Of a stretch of DNA of 64,000 nucleotides, positions 1 to 12,058 are shown one piece after another (the first letter of the stretch is position 1; each line of letters starts with the position of its first letter). Source of the stretch: Octopus vulgaris (taxonomy: Eukaryota); contig OX597815.1 of NCBI GenBank assembly GCA_951406725.2, positions 152,024,001-152,088,000 of the forward strand, read 5' to 3'. The notes under the pieces were generated by a model that did not search any database, was not told the DNA's origin, and saw nothing but the letters and a program-made list of their open reading frames with translations. A program made the translations under genes and the position numbers.

Positions 1-85
1 ATTCAATGGTGTAAAAAGAACAAGGGATATGTTGATGTCATCTGGTTAGAGTTAGCTAATATCTAGGGGTCAATTTCCCATTGCA
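1..85 (+). mobile_element. Degenerate RT fragment of an RLE-type (HERO/NeSL/R2-like) non-LTR retrotransposon
   Basis: Frame 1 reads IQWCKKNKGYVDVIWLELANI*GSISH, resembling the WLDLANAYGSIPH RT motif; contains an in-frame stop and is cut by the window edge. Confidence 0.6.
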
Positions 86-228
86 GAATTCCGCAAACCT
101 TTTAGAAAGAAGTTTACATAATTTGTGAATTGTGCTTTTATTGTTTAACCTTTCAAACACACTATATAAACCTTCCCATCAACATTGAAGTATGATATTA
201 GTCAGCACTGACTAATCTCTTTAACATT

Positions 229-383
229 GTGGAGTGGTTGGCATTAAAAAGGACATCCAGCTGTAGAAACCATGCCGATTCAGATTGGAAGCTGGTGCAG
301 CTCTTCATCTTACCACTTTCAGTCAAACCGCCTGACCCATTCCAGCATGGAAGGCAGACACGAAATGATGTTGATGATAATGA
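229..383 (+). mobile_element. Short RTE 3'-tail / SINE-like copy
   Basis: ggagtggttggcattaaaaaggacatccagctgtagaaac…cagcatggaaggcagacacgaaatgatg matches the RTE 3' end at 15715-15872; ends in a degenerate (GAT)n tail. Confidence 0.8.
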
Positions 384-411
384 TATATATATATGTATAT
401 ATATATATATA

Positions 412-591
412 CACGTAAAAAACACCCACTACACTAATGGAGTGGTTGGCGTTAGGAAGGGCATCCAGCTGTAGAAACACTGCCAAATCAGACTAGAGCC
501 TGGTGCAGCCTCCATGGCTTACCAGACCCCGGTCGAATCGTCCAACCCATGCTAGCATGGAAAACGGACGTTAAATGATGATGGTGATGAT
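412..591 (+). mobile_element. Short RTE 3'-tail / SINE-like copy
   Basis: cacgtaaaaaacacccactacact…ggagtggttggcgttaggaagggcatccagctgtagaaac…ggaaaacggacgttaaatgatgatg, near-identical to 16100-16279. Confidence 0.85.
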
Positions 592-629
592 ATATATATC
601 TATATATCTATATATATATAATCATTTTT

Positions 630-877
630 TAATTTTGCATATTTCTACTGTTCCACTTACAGACTGAACTTGTAATGTATGAATCAGCCGGCCGATTTCT
701 CTTTCTGAAAATCCTAGATTACCCAGATTATCCTTTGAGCATTTACTAACAAAACCTAGTGCTCCAATTGTTATTGGTATGAATATGAATTCTGGAGTTT
801 TCGAAGTAGTTGTCCATAGATATCCTCTTTTTCTTTGATTTCCAAAGAGATATTTATATCTGCAGGATAGCTGACCT
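630..877 (-). mobile_element. C-terminal restriction-like endonuclease fragment of an R4/Dong-like non-LTR retrotransposon
   Basis: Minus strand reads VSYPADINISLEIKEKEDIYGQLLRKLQ, then a frameshift, then FIFIPITIGALGFVSKC…LGFSEREIGRLIHTLQVQSVSGTVEICK. The K..KY-like and P+.+GALG motifs are typical of RLE C-termini. Confidence 0.7.
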
Positions 878-969
878 TTATGATGGTACATACATACATA
901 CATACATACATGCATACGTACGGACGTATGGTTTTTATGTGTATATATATATAAGTTTTACAGATTTAT

Positions 970-1068
970 ATGTACGTACGTATGTATGTATGTATGTATG
1001 TATGTATGTATGTATGTATGTATGTATGTATGTATGTATGTATGCATGCATGCATGCATGCATGTATG
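970..1068. repeat. (TATG)n/(CATG)n microsatellite
   Basis: Visible tandem tatg run followed by catg units. Confidence 0.95.
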
Positions 1069-1884
1069 CCATTGTTCAGTTTTATTTCAAGTGTAGCAAG
1101 TCATAAAAGGCAGCAATATGATGTATTGGTTGTTTACCCGAACAAGTATAATTGTTGGTAATCTCATTGGTTAAAATTACTGCCCATATACAAATTCTAA
1201 ACTTACGTCAAAGAAACCTTTCACAAAATATGGTTCTTAGAATTTGGATATGAGCAGTTATAAAAAATCCTGAATTTTGGGAAATTACTCAGTGTTTGTA
1301 GGATGTTACTAAACTCCACGACACTCACTCATTGAGATATTAGCTATTTTTTATGCCATGTCTATGATAAAAATCCAACAAGACTTATTTGAATTGTTGT
1401 GAACTCTAGTAGTTAGTATGAAGGATTAGCTAATGTGAATTTTAAGTCGTAAAGCACTATGACAAAATGACTTTACTTTCCAATTGTACTATAAATGCTA
1501 AATGTACATAAATAAAATAATGTAGTAATTATTTTCTCTTACTTCACGTTCTTCAAATTGTTAATGAAATTTATTTCTGCAATCATGAAACTGTGGTTAA
1601 AAAAACACAAATTTATTTATCTTCAACATACATGCATGCATAAAATGTCCATTAGCATTTCAAAGTATATATTTCTTGCTATGATGTTTATGTAACTGGA
1701 GTCAGGATTTATGTATAATGATAACACTTATAAGTAAGTTATAAGTGACATGTTTATCAATATATATTCCTACTTCAAAGGTAAAATATATTTACCTATT
1801 TCCAAATAGGAAACATAAAAATATAGTGTTATGCAAACAGTAACCAAACCAGCAATAAAACAAGATTTCTTGCCAATAGAGAAA

Positions 1885-2100
1885 GAGTCGGTTTCTAACC
1901 AAGATCCAAGGTTCCTTCATTGGAATTTCAACAGGGTATTTTTGTTTGTTTGCTTGTATGTATATATGTGCAGATTTTTATGTTTTATGTATATATTCTG
2001 ATGCATATAGTTGCATATCTAGATATTCTCATATGTATTTCAATGATAAACTTCTGGGAAGTTTTACAGATTTATACAGTTTCCGTGATTGTATCTATAG
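1885..2100 (-). mobile_element. Second 3'-end relic of the R4/Dong-like family
   Basis: Reverse complement of 2040-2095 gives roughly ETV*ICKTSQKFII, similar to the GTVEICK end of the 630-877 fragment, followed by probable 3' UTR. Confidence 0.45.
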
Positions 2101-2137
2101 TCATTGAAATGTATGTATGTATGTATTTGCAGACCTT

Positions 2138-2288
2138 TTAGTTTTCATTCACCAAATCTACTCATAAGGTTTTGTTTAGTCTAGGACTATACTAGAAGAC
2201 ACTTGCCCAAGTTGTCATTCAGTGGGACTGAACACAAAACTTTATGGCTGGGAAGCAATGGTTTTAACCACACGGCCACACCTATGCC
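2138..2288 (-). mobile_element. tRNA-derived SINE (family A), inverted copy
   Basis: Reverse complement aligns with 2747-2900 (gtggccgtgtggttaaaacc…ttcagtcccactg…ttgggcaagtgtcttctagtatag…ttgtgagtggatttgg-like). Confidence 0.75.
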
Positions 2289-2746
2289 TGTTGTCACTCT
2301 TATGCCTTCACTGTTTACAAAGAAAAAGAAAATTAAGCTGAAAATAGGACTAGAGACATGTGAAGACAATGGCACTGCTTGGCAAGATTGAACAAAGGAG
2401 AAATTGATAAAGAAAAATCTCTGCCACAAATGTCTGAGTGGCACAAGACTATGATATGAGGATAGATCATGTAGTTGAGGCACAAGACCTAAGATTTCTC
2501 ACAAGAAACCATCAAAAGTATATAATGAACAAGAGTACATAATACAAAAAAAAAGATACAGTATCACCATCTGTTTATCATTGTAAATATATACGCATTG
2601 TTCAGAGGCAAAAACAATATATATTGGAGAGGGAGACAAGCATCATTACTGCAGTGGCTTATGGGACTGACTGGTGCATTTTTAGCACAAATCTGTGAAG
2701 AATCTATCTAAGACACACATATATGTACATACATACATATATGCAA

Positions 2747-3062
2747 GAGTGGTTGTGTGGTAAGAAGCTTGCTTCCTAACCACAAGGTTCCGAGTTCAGT
2801 CCCACTGTGTAGCATCTTGGGAAAGAGTCTTCTACTATAGCCTTGGGCTGGCCAAAGCCTTGTGAGTGGATTTGGTAGAAGGAAACTGAAAGAACCCCAT
2901 TGTGTGTGTGTGTATATACGTATGTATGTATGTATGTATGTATGTATGTATGCATGTATGTGTGTGTGTATGTATTTGTGTGTCTGTGTTTGTCTCCCCA
3001 CCACCATTGCTTGGTAACCGATGTTGGTACTTTTACTTCCCTGTAGCTTAGTGGTTCGACAT
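2747..3062 (+). mobile_element. tRNA-derived SINE (family A) with internal (TG)/(TATG) microsatellite
   Basis: A-box-like tggttgtgtggtaa and B-box-like gagttcagtccc head, body, microsatellite, then gtctccccaccaccattgcttggtaaccgatgttgg tail. Confidence 0.75.
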
Positions 3063-3753
3063 TGAATTTCATAGTCTAGCATGTCTGTACTTCTCTGAAC
3101 AAATAGACCATGATATTCGATGTGGACATATTTGTGATATTTGTATGTAATCGTAGCTTTCCTGTGGGTATATATAAGTATCTCATTTATTTCCCTTAGT
3201 ATGCCTGGCTGATGAGGAAAAATTATTAGACTAATCCAGAAATTGATCAATCCAAGGCTAATTATTTTATGAAATTCTGTGAACTTAGTCCCATGATTTC
3301 AACACATGTATAATATAAAAGTGATAATTTTAAGTGGTTTCACGATTTAGCATCTATTTTCAGCATAGGCATGGTCTCTTCTCTGCCCTTAATTATAATT
3401 GTATTTTATACTATTATAAATCTCTATCTCTATATATATCTTTTAAATTTGTTAATGGGAAACATTTTGAACATGCAAATAAAGCTCCCATCCTATTATG
3501 CCTGCCTTAGTCTAATGATACTGACTGGTGAACCAGTTTTTGGCGGTTGCCTGAAATTGTACCGATATAATGTAGGATAAATATAATACCAATAACAATA
3601 ATCCTAGGATGGAATTTATAAGCATTTAATCCATTAAATGTTTCTAAATTTCATCCAAGGACTATTGTTATTATTACTACTCTCTCAATATATATATATT
3701 TCAGTTTTGGATTTGGTTTGCAAGATTCTTTATATGGGTTTGTGTGTTGAAGC

Positions 3754-3980
3754 ATATTCTGTTGTGTCTGGGGAGAGTCATTTTCTTTTTGTGTCTTATA
3801 ATGTAACACATTCACCGGTAAAATTTCCACTTATTTCTTATTTTTATTTTCCTAAAATTTTCATTGCATCTTGCAACCTTTTCAAGAGCAAAATAAAAAT
3901 AAGAAAAAAGTGGAAATTTTACCGGTGAGTGTGTTACATTATAAGGCACAAAAAGAAAATTACTCTCCCCAGACACAACA

Positions 3981-3986
<6 letters not shown>
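3754..3986. repeat. Fold-back inverted repeat (~97-bp arms, ~39-bp loop), MITE-like
   Basis: 3754-3850 (atattctgttgtgtctggggagagtcattttc…ccggtaaaatttccac…) is the reverse complement of 3890-3986 with a few mismatches; flanked on the right by (TA)n. Confidence 0.9.
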
Positions 3987-4020
<34 letters not shown>

Positions 4021-5088
4021 ATGTGCTTTAGAGGGATATATTTATCTGGGCAGATACTGTAATAGCTCTCAGTTATGGCTATCTGCTTCAATTAGTATTT
4101 AATGTCTCTGACTTCTATGAGTAGTCATTCATGCAGTAAATTCCACCATTGGGTAATTCCATGTTTGCTTCTCTGGATGTTAATATTATCTGAAGTATAT
4201 ATTAGCAATAATTATAATGATATGGAATTTAGAAACTGGTACATCTTCAACATTTATTCCTTTTTACAACCTACACGTGTTTCCACTGCATTTGGGCATG
4301 ATTTTCTGTGCAGATTTGTTGAAGGTCTGTCCAACAGCTAGCTTCAAAGTGAACTGAATACAGTTAGTTGCTTGTTGGTTAAGATTCGGGAGTAAATGAG
4401 GGGAGCTTGTTTTGAATCTGAAATCTGATCTTTTTGTAAGCTTGTAAAAGTTGACCATGGTTTCACACCAGATACTGCTCGAAGTCAGGATTCTATCTAA
4501 ATAGGTTAAAATTTATGTTACTGTTTTGACAGGCCTCATTGTGTATTGTAGTAGTTGGTTACTTAATAACATTATTTTCTAGTGTAGTTCATGTAATGTA
4601 ACGTTTTTAGTTATATATTTTTGTGGCTGTGAAAATTATGCTGGGGGTTTTGCAAACAACCTGCACATGCAAGTGCTACCAGCCGAGAACTCTGCATACC
4701 ACAATCCAGCAAGTGTATGGGGTCATCAGGAGAGAATGCGCACCATTTCAGTGCCTACCTCTTGACAGCATCAATGTGCACTGGTCCCACTCACTGATAT
4801 GAGGCCCCACTTGCTAGATCAACTGGTTATTAAATAAAGCTCAATATTCTTATAGACATCGCTCATCGTCTCTTTTTAACCAAATCCAGTGGTTAGCCTT
4901 TTCCACTGTAGTTTGGTATTTTCTTTACAGTGAGTTAGGTCTAGCAATAACAACAGTTGTCTCACATTGTGTCCAACAAACCTGAACAGGTGGCACATAA
5001 AAAGCACCCAGTACACTCTTGGAAAATTAAAATGACCTTCCTGAAATATAACATTATCTGTTTCAACACACAATTTCACATCAGTTAT

Positions 5089-5609
5089 CTTGAAACACAA
5101 ATTCATAAACATACACACATAGCAGTCATTTTCATAACACCTACACGTGTTTCAATGTCTACCTTCATTCATGTTTTACAATAAAATAAATTGCATTATG
5201 AATTTAGAAAGTAAAAATTTCTTCAAAAGAAAAATTCTTGCCAGAAAGAGATTTTTACCTTCTAAATTCATGATGCCATTTTTAACTGTAAAATATGAAT
5301 GAAGGTAGATATTCTTTTCTATTCTAGGAACAAGACCTGAAATTTTGGGGGAGGGGGACCAGTTGATTAGGTTGATCCCAGTATGCAACTGGTACTTAAT
5401 TTATTGACCCCGAAAGGATGAAAGGTAAAGTTGACCTCGGCAGAATTTGAACTCAGAACATAAAGACAGACGAAATACCATTAAGCATTTTGCCTGGCCT
5501 GCTAATGTTTCTGCCAGCTCACTGCCTTAAATGAAGGTAGATATTGAAACATGTATAGGCATTATGAAATTGACAACTATGTAAATAAATTGATTTTGCT
5601 GTGTTCAAG
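5089..5609. mobile_element. Degenerate palindromic (MITE/fold-back) element interrupted by a SINE
   Basis: Left arm cttgaaacac…cctacacgtgtttcaatgtctaccttcattcatgttttaca…gcattatgaatttagaaagtaaaaat pairs with right arm atttttaccttctaaattcatgatgc…tgtaaaatatgaatgaaggtagatatt[SINE]gaaacatgtatagg…gtgttcaag. Confidence 0.75.
5314..5529 (-). mobile_element. tRNA-derived SINE (family B) with 16-bp target-site duplication
   Basis: Reverse complement of the 9648 family (ggcagtgagctggcagaa…ttctgagttcaaattctgccgaggtcaactttacctttcatcctttcggggtc); TSD aatgaaggtagatatt at 5298-5313 and 5530-5545. Confidence 0.9.
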
Positions 5610-5774
5610 CACTCCATTTTTTTAATATCATATTACTAAAATTCTCTTCTCATATATCTAAAAGATGAAAACACTAATCAATATAGAGATAAACCAGTGG
5701 ACACTTGGATGTAAGACATCCTTAGATAGAGCAATTTTTTCTATACAGAACTATATATATATATATACATATAT

Positions 5775-7410
5775 AGGAATTTGAGATGGATTGCCCCTGG
5801 GAGCTCCTCTATGCTGATGACCTAGCCCTCATAGCAGAATCACTACTGGAACTAGAGAAAAAATTTCGTTTGTGGAAGCTAGGTTTAGAATCAAAAGGCC
5901 TTAGAGTCAATGTAGCAAAGACCAAAGTTCTAGTGAGTAGGAAGGCAAACTCACCACACACACCCTTAGGTAGGTGGCCCTGCTCGATCTGTAGAAAAGG
6001 TGTAGGTAGAAACTCCAGAAGATGTACCCAGTGTAAGCTATGGACACAAAAGAGGCACAGCAACATCAAAGGAAAATTAACTGAGAAGATAGCTTTCATG
6101 TATGGCACTCAAAAAACAGATTCCATTACACTCCAGGGGAAGAAACTAGAAGTAGTTGATAGTTTCTGCTGCCTAGTTAGTAGTGGGGGGTGGATGGTCA
6201 GAGAGTGTTACCACTAGAATAAGAATAGCCCGGGCAAAGTTTAGAAAGCTTCTTCCCCTACTGGCGACAAAGGGTCTCTCACTCAAAGTGAAAGGTAGAT
6301 TGTACAACACATGTGTGAAAATTGCCATGCTTCAAGGCAGTGAAACATGGGCTGTGACTGCAGACGACATGTGTAGGCTCAAAAGAAATGAAGCTAGCAT
6401 GATTCGCTGGATGTGTAATGTCAGTGTCCATGCACGTCAGAGTGTAAACGTCTTGAGAGAAATGTTTGACGTAAGAAGCATCGGATGTGGCATGCAGGAG
6501 AGACATTTGCGTTGGTATGGTCATGTACTACAGATGGATGAGGAGAGATGTGTGAAGAAGTGCCACTCCCAAACTGTTGAAGGAAACCGGGGTAGAGGTA
6601 GACCCAGGAAAACATGGGATGAGGTGTTCAAGCATGACCTTTGTATGTTGGGCCTCACAGAGGCAATGATGAAAGATCAAGACCTCTGGAGATATGCTGT
6701 GATTTCAAAGACCCAACAAATGAAGTGAGTTCATGGTTTGCAGGATGGCCTTCTGTGCTAACCTTGGTTCGTAGGGTGACCTGCTATGCTTGAGTCAAGT
6801 ACATCAACATCAAAATAAAAATCAAATGGATATTGTAGTTGTGATACCCGTGCTGGTGGCACATTGGGCCTCACAGAGGAAATGACGAAAGACTGAGACC
6901 TCTGAGATATGCTGTGACTGCTAAGACCCGACAAATGAAGTGAGTTCATGGCACACAGGATGGCCTACTGTGCTAACTTTGGATCGTAAAGTGACCCGCT
7001 GCTCTTGAGGAGACCTAATGAGTCAAGTACGTCAACACCAACATCAAAATAAAAATCAAATGGAAATTGTAGTTAAGATTCCTATGCTGCTGGCACGTAA
7101 AAAGCACCATCTGAACATGGCTAATGCCAGTGCCGCCTGACTGGCATCTGTGTCGGTGATATGTAAAAAGCACCAGCCGATCGTGGCCGTTTGCCAGCCA
7201 CCTTTGGCTCCTGTGCCAGTGGTACATAAAAAGCACCCACTACACTCAAGGAGTGGTTGGCTTTAGGAAGGGCATCCAGCTGTAGAAACATTGCCAAACC
7301 AGACTGGAGCCTGGTGCAGCCTCCTGGCTTCCCAGACCCCGGTCGAACTGTCCAACTCATGCTAGCATGGAAAATGGACGTTAAACAGTGATGATGATGA
7401 TGATGATATA
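5775..7410 (+). mobile_element. 5'-truncated RTE-clade LINE (RT C-terminal half, Cys-rich insert, 3' tail)
   Basis: ORFs 5786-6217 and 6183-6728 contain PWELLYADDLAL, WPCSICRKGVGRNS.RCTQCKLW, LRWYGHVLQMDE and GRGRPRKTW; frameshifted; 3' UTR duplicated; ends in (GAT)n at ~7390-7407. Confidence 0.92.
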
Positions 7411-7806
7411 TGATGAGCTTCTGTCAATTTCCATTTACCAAATTTACTCACACATGAAAAACTTTTCTTTCATTGTGTTAAACAAACAGTACTGCCCACT
7501 CCAAAAAAAAAAAAAGAAGAAAAAAGTAAGTAATATATTGCCTCAGTGCCTTGTGTCATAATTTTTATGTGACAGAATTTTCCAAACGGTTATTAAATTT
7601 TAAATCTATGGATTTATTTTGAAATATACATTCATAGAGTTTTTTTTTTTTGGTAGAAAAATGAGCAATGATCACTGAAAATCGATTCTGGCTGAGATGC
7701 ATTAGATCATAGGTTTCTGTCTGGCCAAGATTGGCCTTGGGCTAAACAACATCTGCATTTACTCAGAAATTTACTTTTTGCCTAATGGTGGTTATTTAAG
7801 TGCAGG

Positions 7807-7925
7807 TTAACACTCGCAGCTTCTATGCCCTGATTCTAGCATCTGAAAGCTCTGTTTTACTCTGGTATTATCATTATCCTGGTCAATATTTGTTAGGGTG
7901 TCAGGAGCAATGCCCAGATAGATAC
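7807..7925 (-). CDS. Death-domain-like exon (middle helices), truncated or decaying
   Basis: Strong acceptor tcttgtttttgtgtcttttgcag; phase-1 translation (G)IYLGIAPDTLTNIDQDNDNTRVKQSFQMLESGHRSCEC* fits the DD pattern LG+…+..I..+……Q.+.ML..W with W replaced by G (TGG>GGG); continues *PALK*. Confidence 0.6.
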
Positions 7926-9647
7926 CTGCAAAAGACACAAAAACAAGAACTAATAGCAACAACATTAGCAGTAATATAAATATAATAAAGAAACTTTATC
8001 AGTAGAGAAATAAGCATTGTTAAGAAACATGAAAAGTATAAGACATTGTTCTCAGTTTTTAAAGATGTTGATAAAAATATCAGAGGTTGAAAGAAAGGAT
8101 GAAGGTGGAGAAGAAATTAAAGATAAATTAAAAATTACTTTGGGGAAAATTTTTGGTAAACAAATGGAAGGAAAAGTGTTTGTGTAGGCAAAAGTGTATC
8201 AGAGCCAAAAGAATCAACATAGATCGTTAACAGTTACACCATTTGCTCCTAACATTGAAGATCACCTGATAACATCACATGATCAATTCCTGAAAAGGGC
8301 ATATGTAATGCCTCTCATTCTCTGGCTATTTAATATTTATAACATATCAACATGTAGACAGCAGCAGGGATTGGACTACCAAACAATACTAGTAATATTG
8401 GCTGCAGCAGGACCAATGAAATACGAATATGATACCAGAATAATCTCAGCTACACAAAATGCAAAATATAATATTGTCAGATAGACATCATATATTATAA
8501 AACACACTAGCTATAAACATGAACTAGGGTTCATGACTCATAGGAAATTTTGCTCTGGATCAAGGCCACAGTTTTATAGAGAAGTTGATAATGGAGAGGT
8601 CTGAAAGGAAACCAAGCAATGAAAAGAATTTTAGTTAACAGGAAAGAAGACAGGAGTCACCAACATCTGGACCTTACATCTACAACAGTTAGGTCCTGAA
8701 GGAATCACTGCATCAATCAGTATCTTTATCATCTGGAGAGTTATCATATTTGACATGCAAGAAAGGTGGGTGGGGGTGGGGATAGGAATTCGATATGGTA
8801 TACCCATTATACATTAGAGGTATAGTTGGATCAGAGGTAGATTGACAGAGAGAAAGCACTTTGTATGTAACATTTTAGTTAGAGAAAAAAAGTTAAGTGA
8901 AGAATGCACTGAAAGCTATTATGTTCACTGGCAACTAAGGGATTCCATGCCTAGATGAAAAGTAGATTGTATGATGTGTATTTGTAAAGTGTAATGTTGC
9001 ACTGAATCTGGAGGATGTATAAAAACTGACAAGAAATAAGGTAAGCATACTTCACTAGAAGTATGTTAGTGTGAAGGAAAGCTGGAGCAAAGATGAGCAG
9101 GAAGAAAATGTGGATCTCAGAAGAATAAGAGATAGTGTACAAAAGAGATGGTACAGATATAGAAGGAATATGGAAGATAAAGGTTCCAAGTGGAAAGAAC
9201 CTATAGAAAACGATGGCGGAAAAGCATAGCAAAAGTTAATCACAACAGTTATGCTGGAGTAGTTGTCTAAGACTGACAAACATAGAAAAATGAACATTAA
9301 GACGATGATGATAATCATGGACTGTTGTTGGTGAATTGATTTTACCCTAGTATATGACTGGTACATTCTGTATCAATTTCAAAAGTATAACAAGTCGACA
9401 ATGTCATAGATAATGCCCTCTCATAATTTCGATAAATCATTGATATAAGCTGATTGAGAAGATACTGTATTGATTCCCTGTGTCAAGGGTCAGCAGTTCA
9501 AATCTAACCCCAGCACTGCTCTCTGTCCCTGATAAACACAACTCTCTATAGTGCAGTCTACCTAGATGTAGATAGGTACAATAGGGAGGTACATGATATT
9601 GATGTAAATAATAAGAACATTGTATAAATAATATTTTATGTTATAAA

Positions 9648-10068
9648 GGCAGTGAGCTGGCAGAATCATTAGCACGCCAGATGAAATGATTAGCGGTATT
9701 TCGTCTGCCGCTACATTCTGAATTCAAATTCCGCCGAGGTCGACTTTTCCTTTCATCCTTTCAGGGTTGATTAAATAAGTAACAGTTATGCACTGGGGTC
9801 GATATAATCAACTTAATCTGTTTGTCTGTCCTTGTTTGGTTTATCCTCTCTGTGTTTAGCCCCTTGTGGGTAGTAAAGAAATAGGTATTTCATCTGCCAT
9901 TATGTTTTGAGTTAAAGTAGTGCCGAGGTCAACTTTGTCTTTCATCTTTTCAGGTCAATTAAATAAATAACAGTTACGCACTGAGGTTGATGTAATTGAC
10001 TTAATCCCTGTGTCTGTCCTTGTTTGTCCCTTCTATGTTTAGCACCCTGTGGGCAATAAGGAAATAAA
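9648..10068 (+). mobile_element. tRNA-derived SINE (family B) with internally duplicated body
   Basis: ggcagtgagctggcagaatc head; body ggtatttcgtctgcc…gaggtcgacttttcctttcatcc…aagaaata occurs twice (~9695-9882 and ~9884-10066). Confidence 0.85.
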
Positions 10069-10249
10069 TATTGTATGCTATTATACTTTCAGACAAGGAG
10101 AAATGCTATATTGCGATCTTCATGCCTTTCTAGATTGCATTTTAATGTAGAGGGGAGTGAAAGAAAATCAAGCTGAGTTTACATCAGTTAGGATAATTAT
10201 TTTATAACTGGTGTTTCATTAAATGAAAGGAATCCATCCATGAACATAC

Positions 10250-10622
10250 GTGGCACTCCATCGGTTATAATGACAAGGGTTCCAGTTGATGCCATCAATG
10301 GAACAGCCTGCTTGTGAAATTAACATGCAAGTGGCTGAGCACTCCACAGACACACATACCCATGATGTAGTTCTCGGCAAGATTCAGCATGGCACAGAGT
10401 GTGACAAGGCTAGTCCTTTGAAATACAGGTACAAGAGAAACAGGAAGAAAGAATGAGAGAAAGTTGTGGTGAAAGAGTACAGCAGGAGTCACCAGCACCC
10501 CCTGCCAGAGGCTCGTGGAGCTTTAAGTGATTTCGCTCAATAAACACTCACAACACCTGGTCTGGGAATCAAACCTGTGATCCTACGACTGCTGACCTAA
10601 CCACTGGGCCATTGCACCTCCA
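10250..10622 (-). mobile_element. tRNA-derived SINE (family C)
   Basis: Reverse-complement head tggaggtgcaatggcccagtggttagg…ggtttgattccc (A/B boxes); flanked by ccatgaacata / ccatgaatata, a probable TSD. Confidence 0.75.
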
Positions 10623-11993
10623 CACCCATGAATATAATCAATACTAGAAACTACAAGTTGATCTGGGAGTAAAGAACAACAATAAATAGAGAGAACCAGA
10701 CTGGACAGGGCAGATACAGCAACATTTCGCCACATACAATTAATCACCGCATGTCAGGGAAGTGTGGACTTCAACAAGATGAAGACATGCTGTGTCTGTT
10801 TCTATGGATCAGTGATTTACATGTTCTCATTTGGTTAGCTACATGTGTACAATATATTACTTGATCGAGGTTGGGTGCTGTGGCTATACAACTACAACAA
10901 GCACAACAGTACTGAAAATAAAAGAGCAGTTGAATATAAAGTGGATGCAGTTTGTTGTTTGTGTGAAGATCCAACACACATTACACCTACCACTTTCACA
11001 CCCAGACACATCTATAACTTCCCAGAATGTTCCTACAACAGAAAGTAACATTTACACACCAAACCAATAGCTTTATTGTCTATGTCCACCTTGACCACCA
11101 CTTATTCCTGGGATATACACTAACAGAAGAAAATACTAAAGACAGATATCTATGATCTTCTGGCTATGTCCACCATGATCAACTCCACTTTAGTTACCAA
11201 CAAAACAACAGACTGGACAGTAGAAGATATGTTGTTCCATCACTGCCAACCAGCAGCCCATACAATAGGCTAATGCAGGATGAGGCAGTGAGGCAGCCTT
11301 CACGTGATCACTTTAGCTATGAGATATAGCAGCTAAATTTCACTCAAAATACACCCTAACGTGCTATAAACAATACATTTGATAAAATGCTCCCACAAAC
11401 AAGTCAGGTGTTTCACACTTAGAAGACTTTTTATCATATGTCTGCCAGATGACGATAGACACTGGCTAAATAACACTAACTTATCGACAAACTCAGAAAA
11501 AAGGTAAAACAAACAAAAACATTACCATTAACTCACCTGCTTACACCAACACAACAGTGTATTTCAGTTTCCAATTCCAAAAGAAAATATCAACTGTATT
11601 GTCCACTCGCTTCCTAACCCCCAATGAAGAATAACGGACCACTCATGAACAGATAAAAGTTAAGAATCTTTCTTTCAACCTCGCTTCTTCTACCTACTAT
11701 CTTTGCACATATCATTATTATTCCTTCATTATTCTCTCATTATTCTTTCAGTATTCTCTCATTACTCTGTCTAGTTCAGTAACATGCCATTCATGTAAAT
11801 ATGCTTTTCATTTAGTCTTGTCTTCCTGTTGCTCCTGAAGATAACCTTATATTCATTGATTCACTTAACTATTAAAGTCTTAACACTCAGCCACTTATCT
11901 TTCCCCTAAAATTTGTCTTTCTCAGATTTTTCAAACCTACTTTCTTGGTCTCATGATTAGCAGAACCTCTTCCTAGTTCATGGTGCTCCCGCA

Positions 11994-12058
11994 CTCCCAC
12001 CCCCTCCACACATGTCTCCCACCCCTCCACACATGCCTCCCACCCCCTCCACACATGC
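11994..12058. repeat. 3x ~21-22 bp C-rich tandem repeat
   Basis: ctcccacccc(c)tccacacatg(t/c) three times, just upstream of the RTE ORF. Confidence 0.9.

Noticed and set aside
810-1161. ORFs with MYVC/YIYI/HTYI repeats here and at 2708, 3871, 18164, 60586
   Set aside because: Translations of (TATG)n, (TA)n and (CA)n microsatellites.
4264-4496. Phase-1 open segment as a host-gene exon (tttag…ACACGT|gtaggt)
   Set aside because: The putative donor motif recurs in the palindromic repeat at 5140 and the peptide looks more like a retroelement relic; not supportable as an exon.
8194-8720. ORF 8194-8484 and acceptor-like site at 8600
   Set aside because: No recognisable domain; the minus strand has a faint FRPLSII…YK motif suggesting a very old LINE relic, too weak to call.
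11532-11660. Minus-strand donor CAG|GTGAGT as the missing first death-domain exon
   Set aside because: The phase-1 frame has a TAA two codons before the donor and no DD helix-1 pattern.
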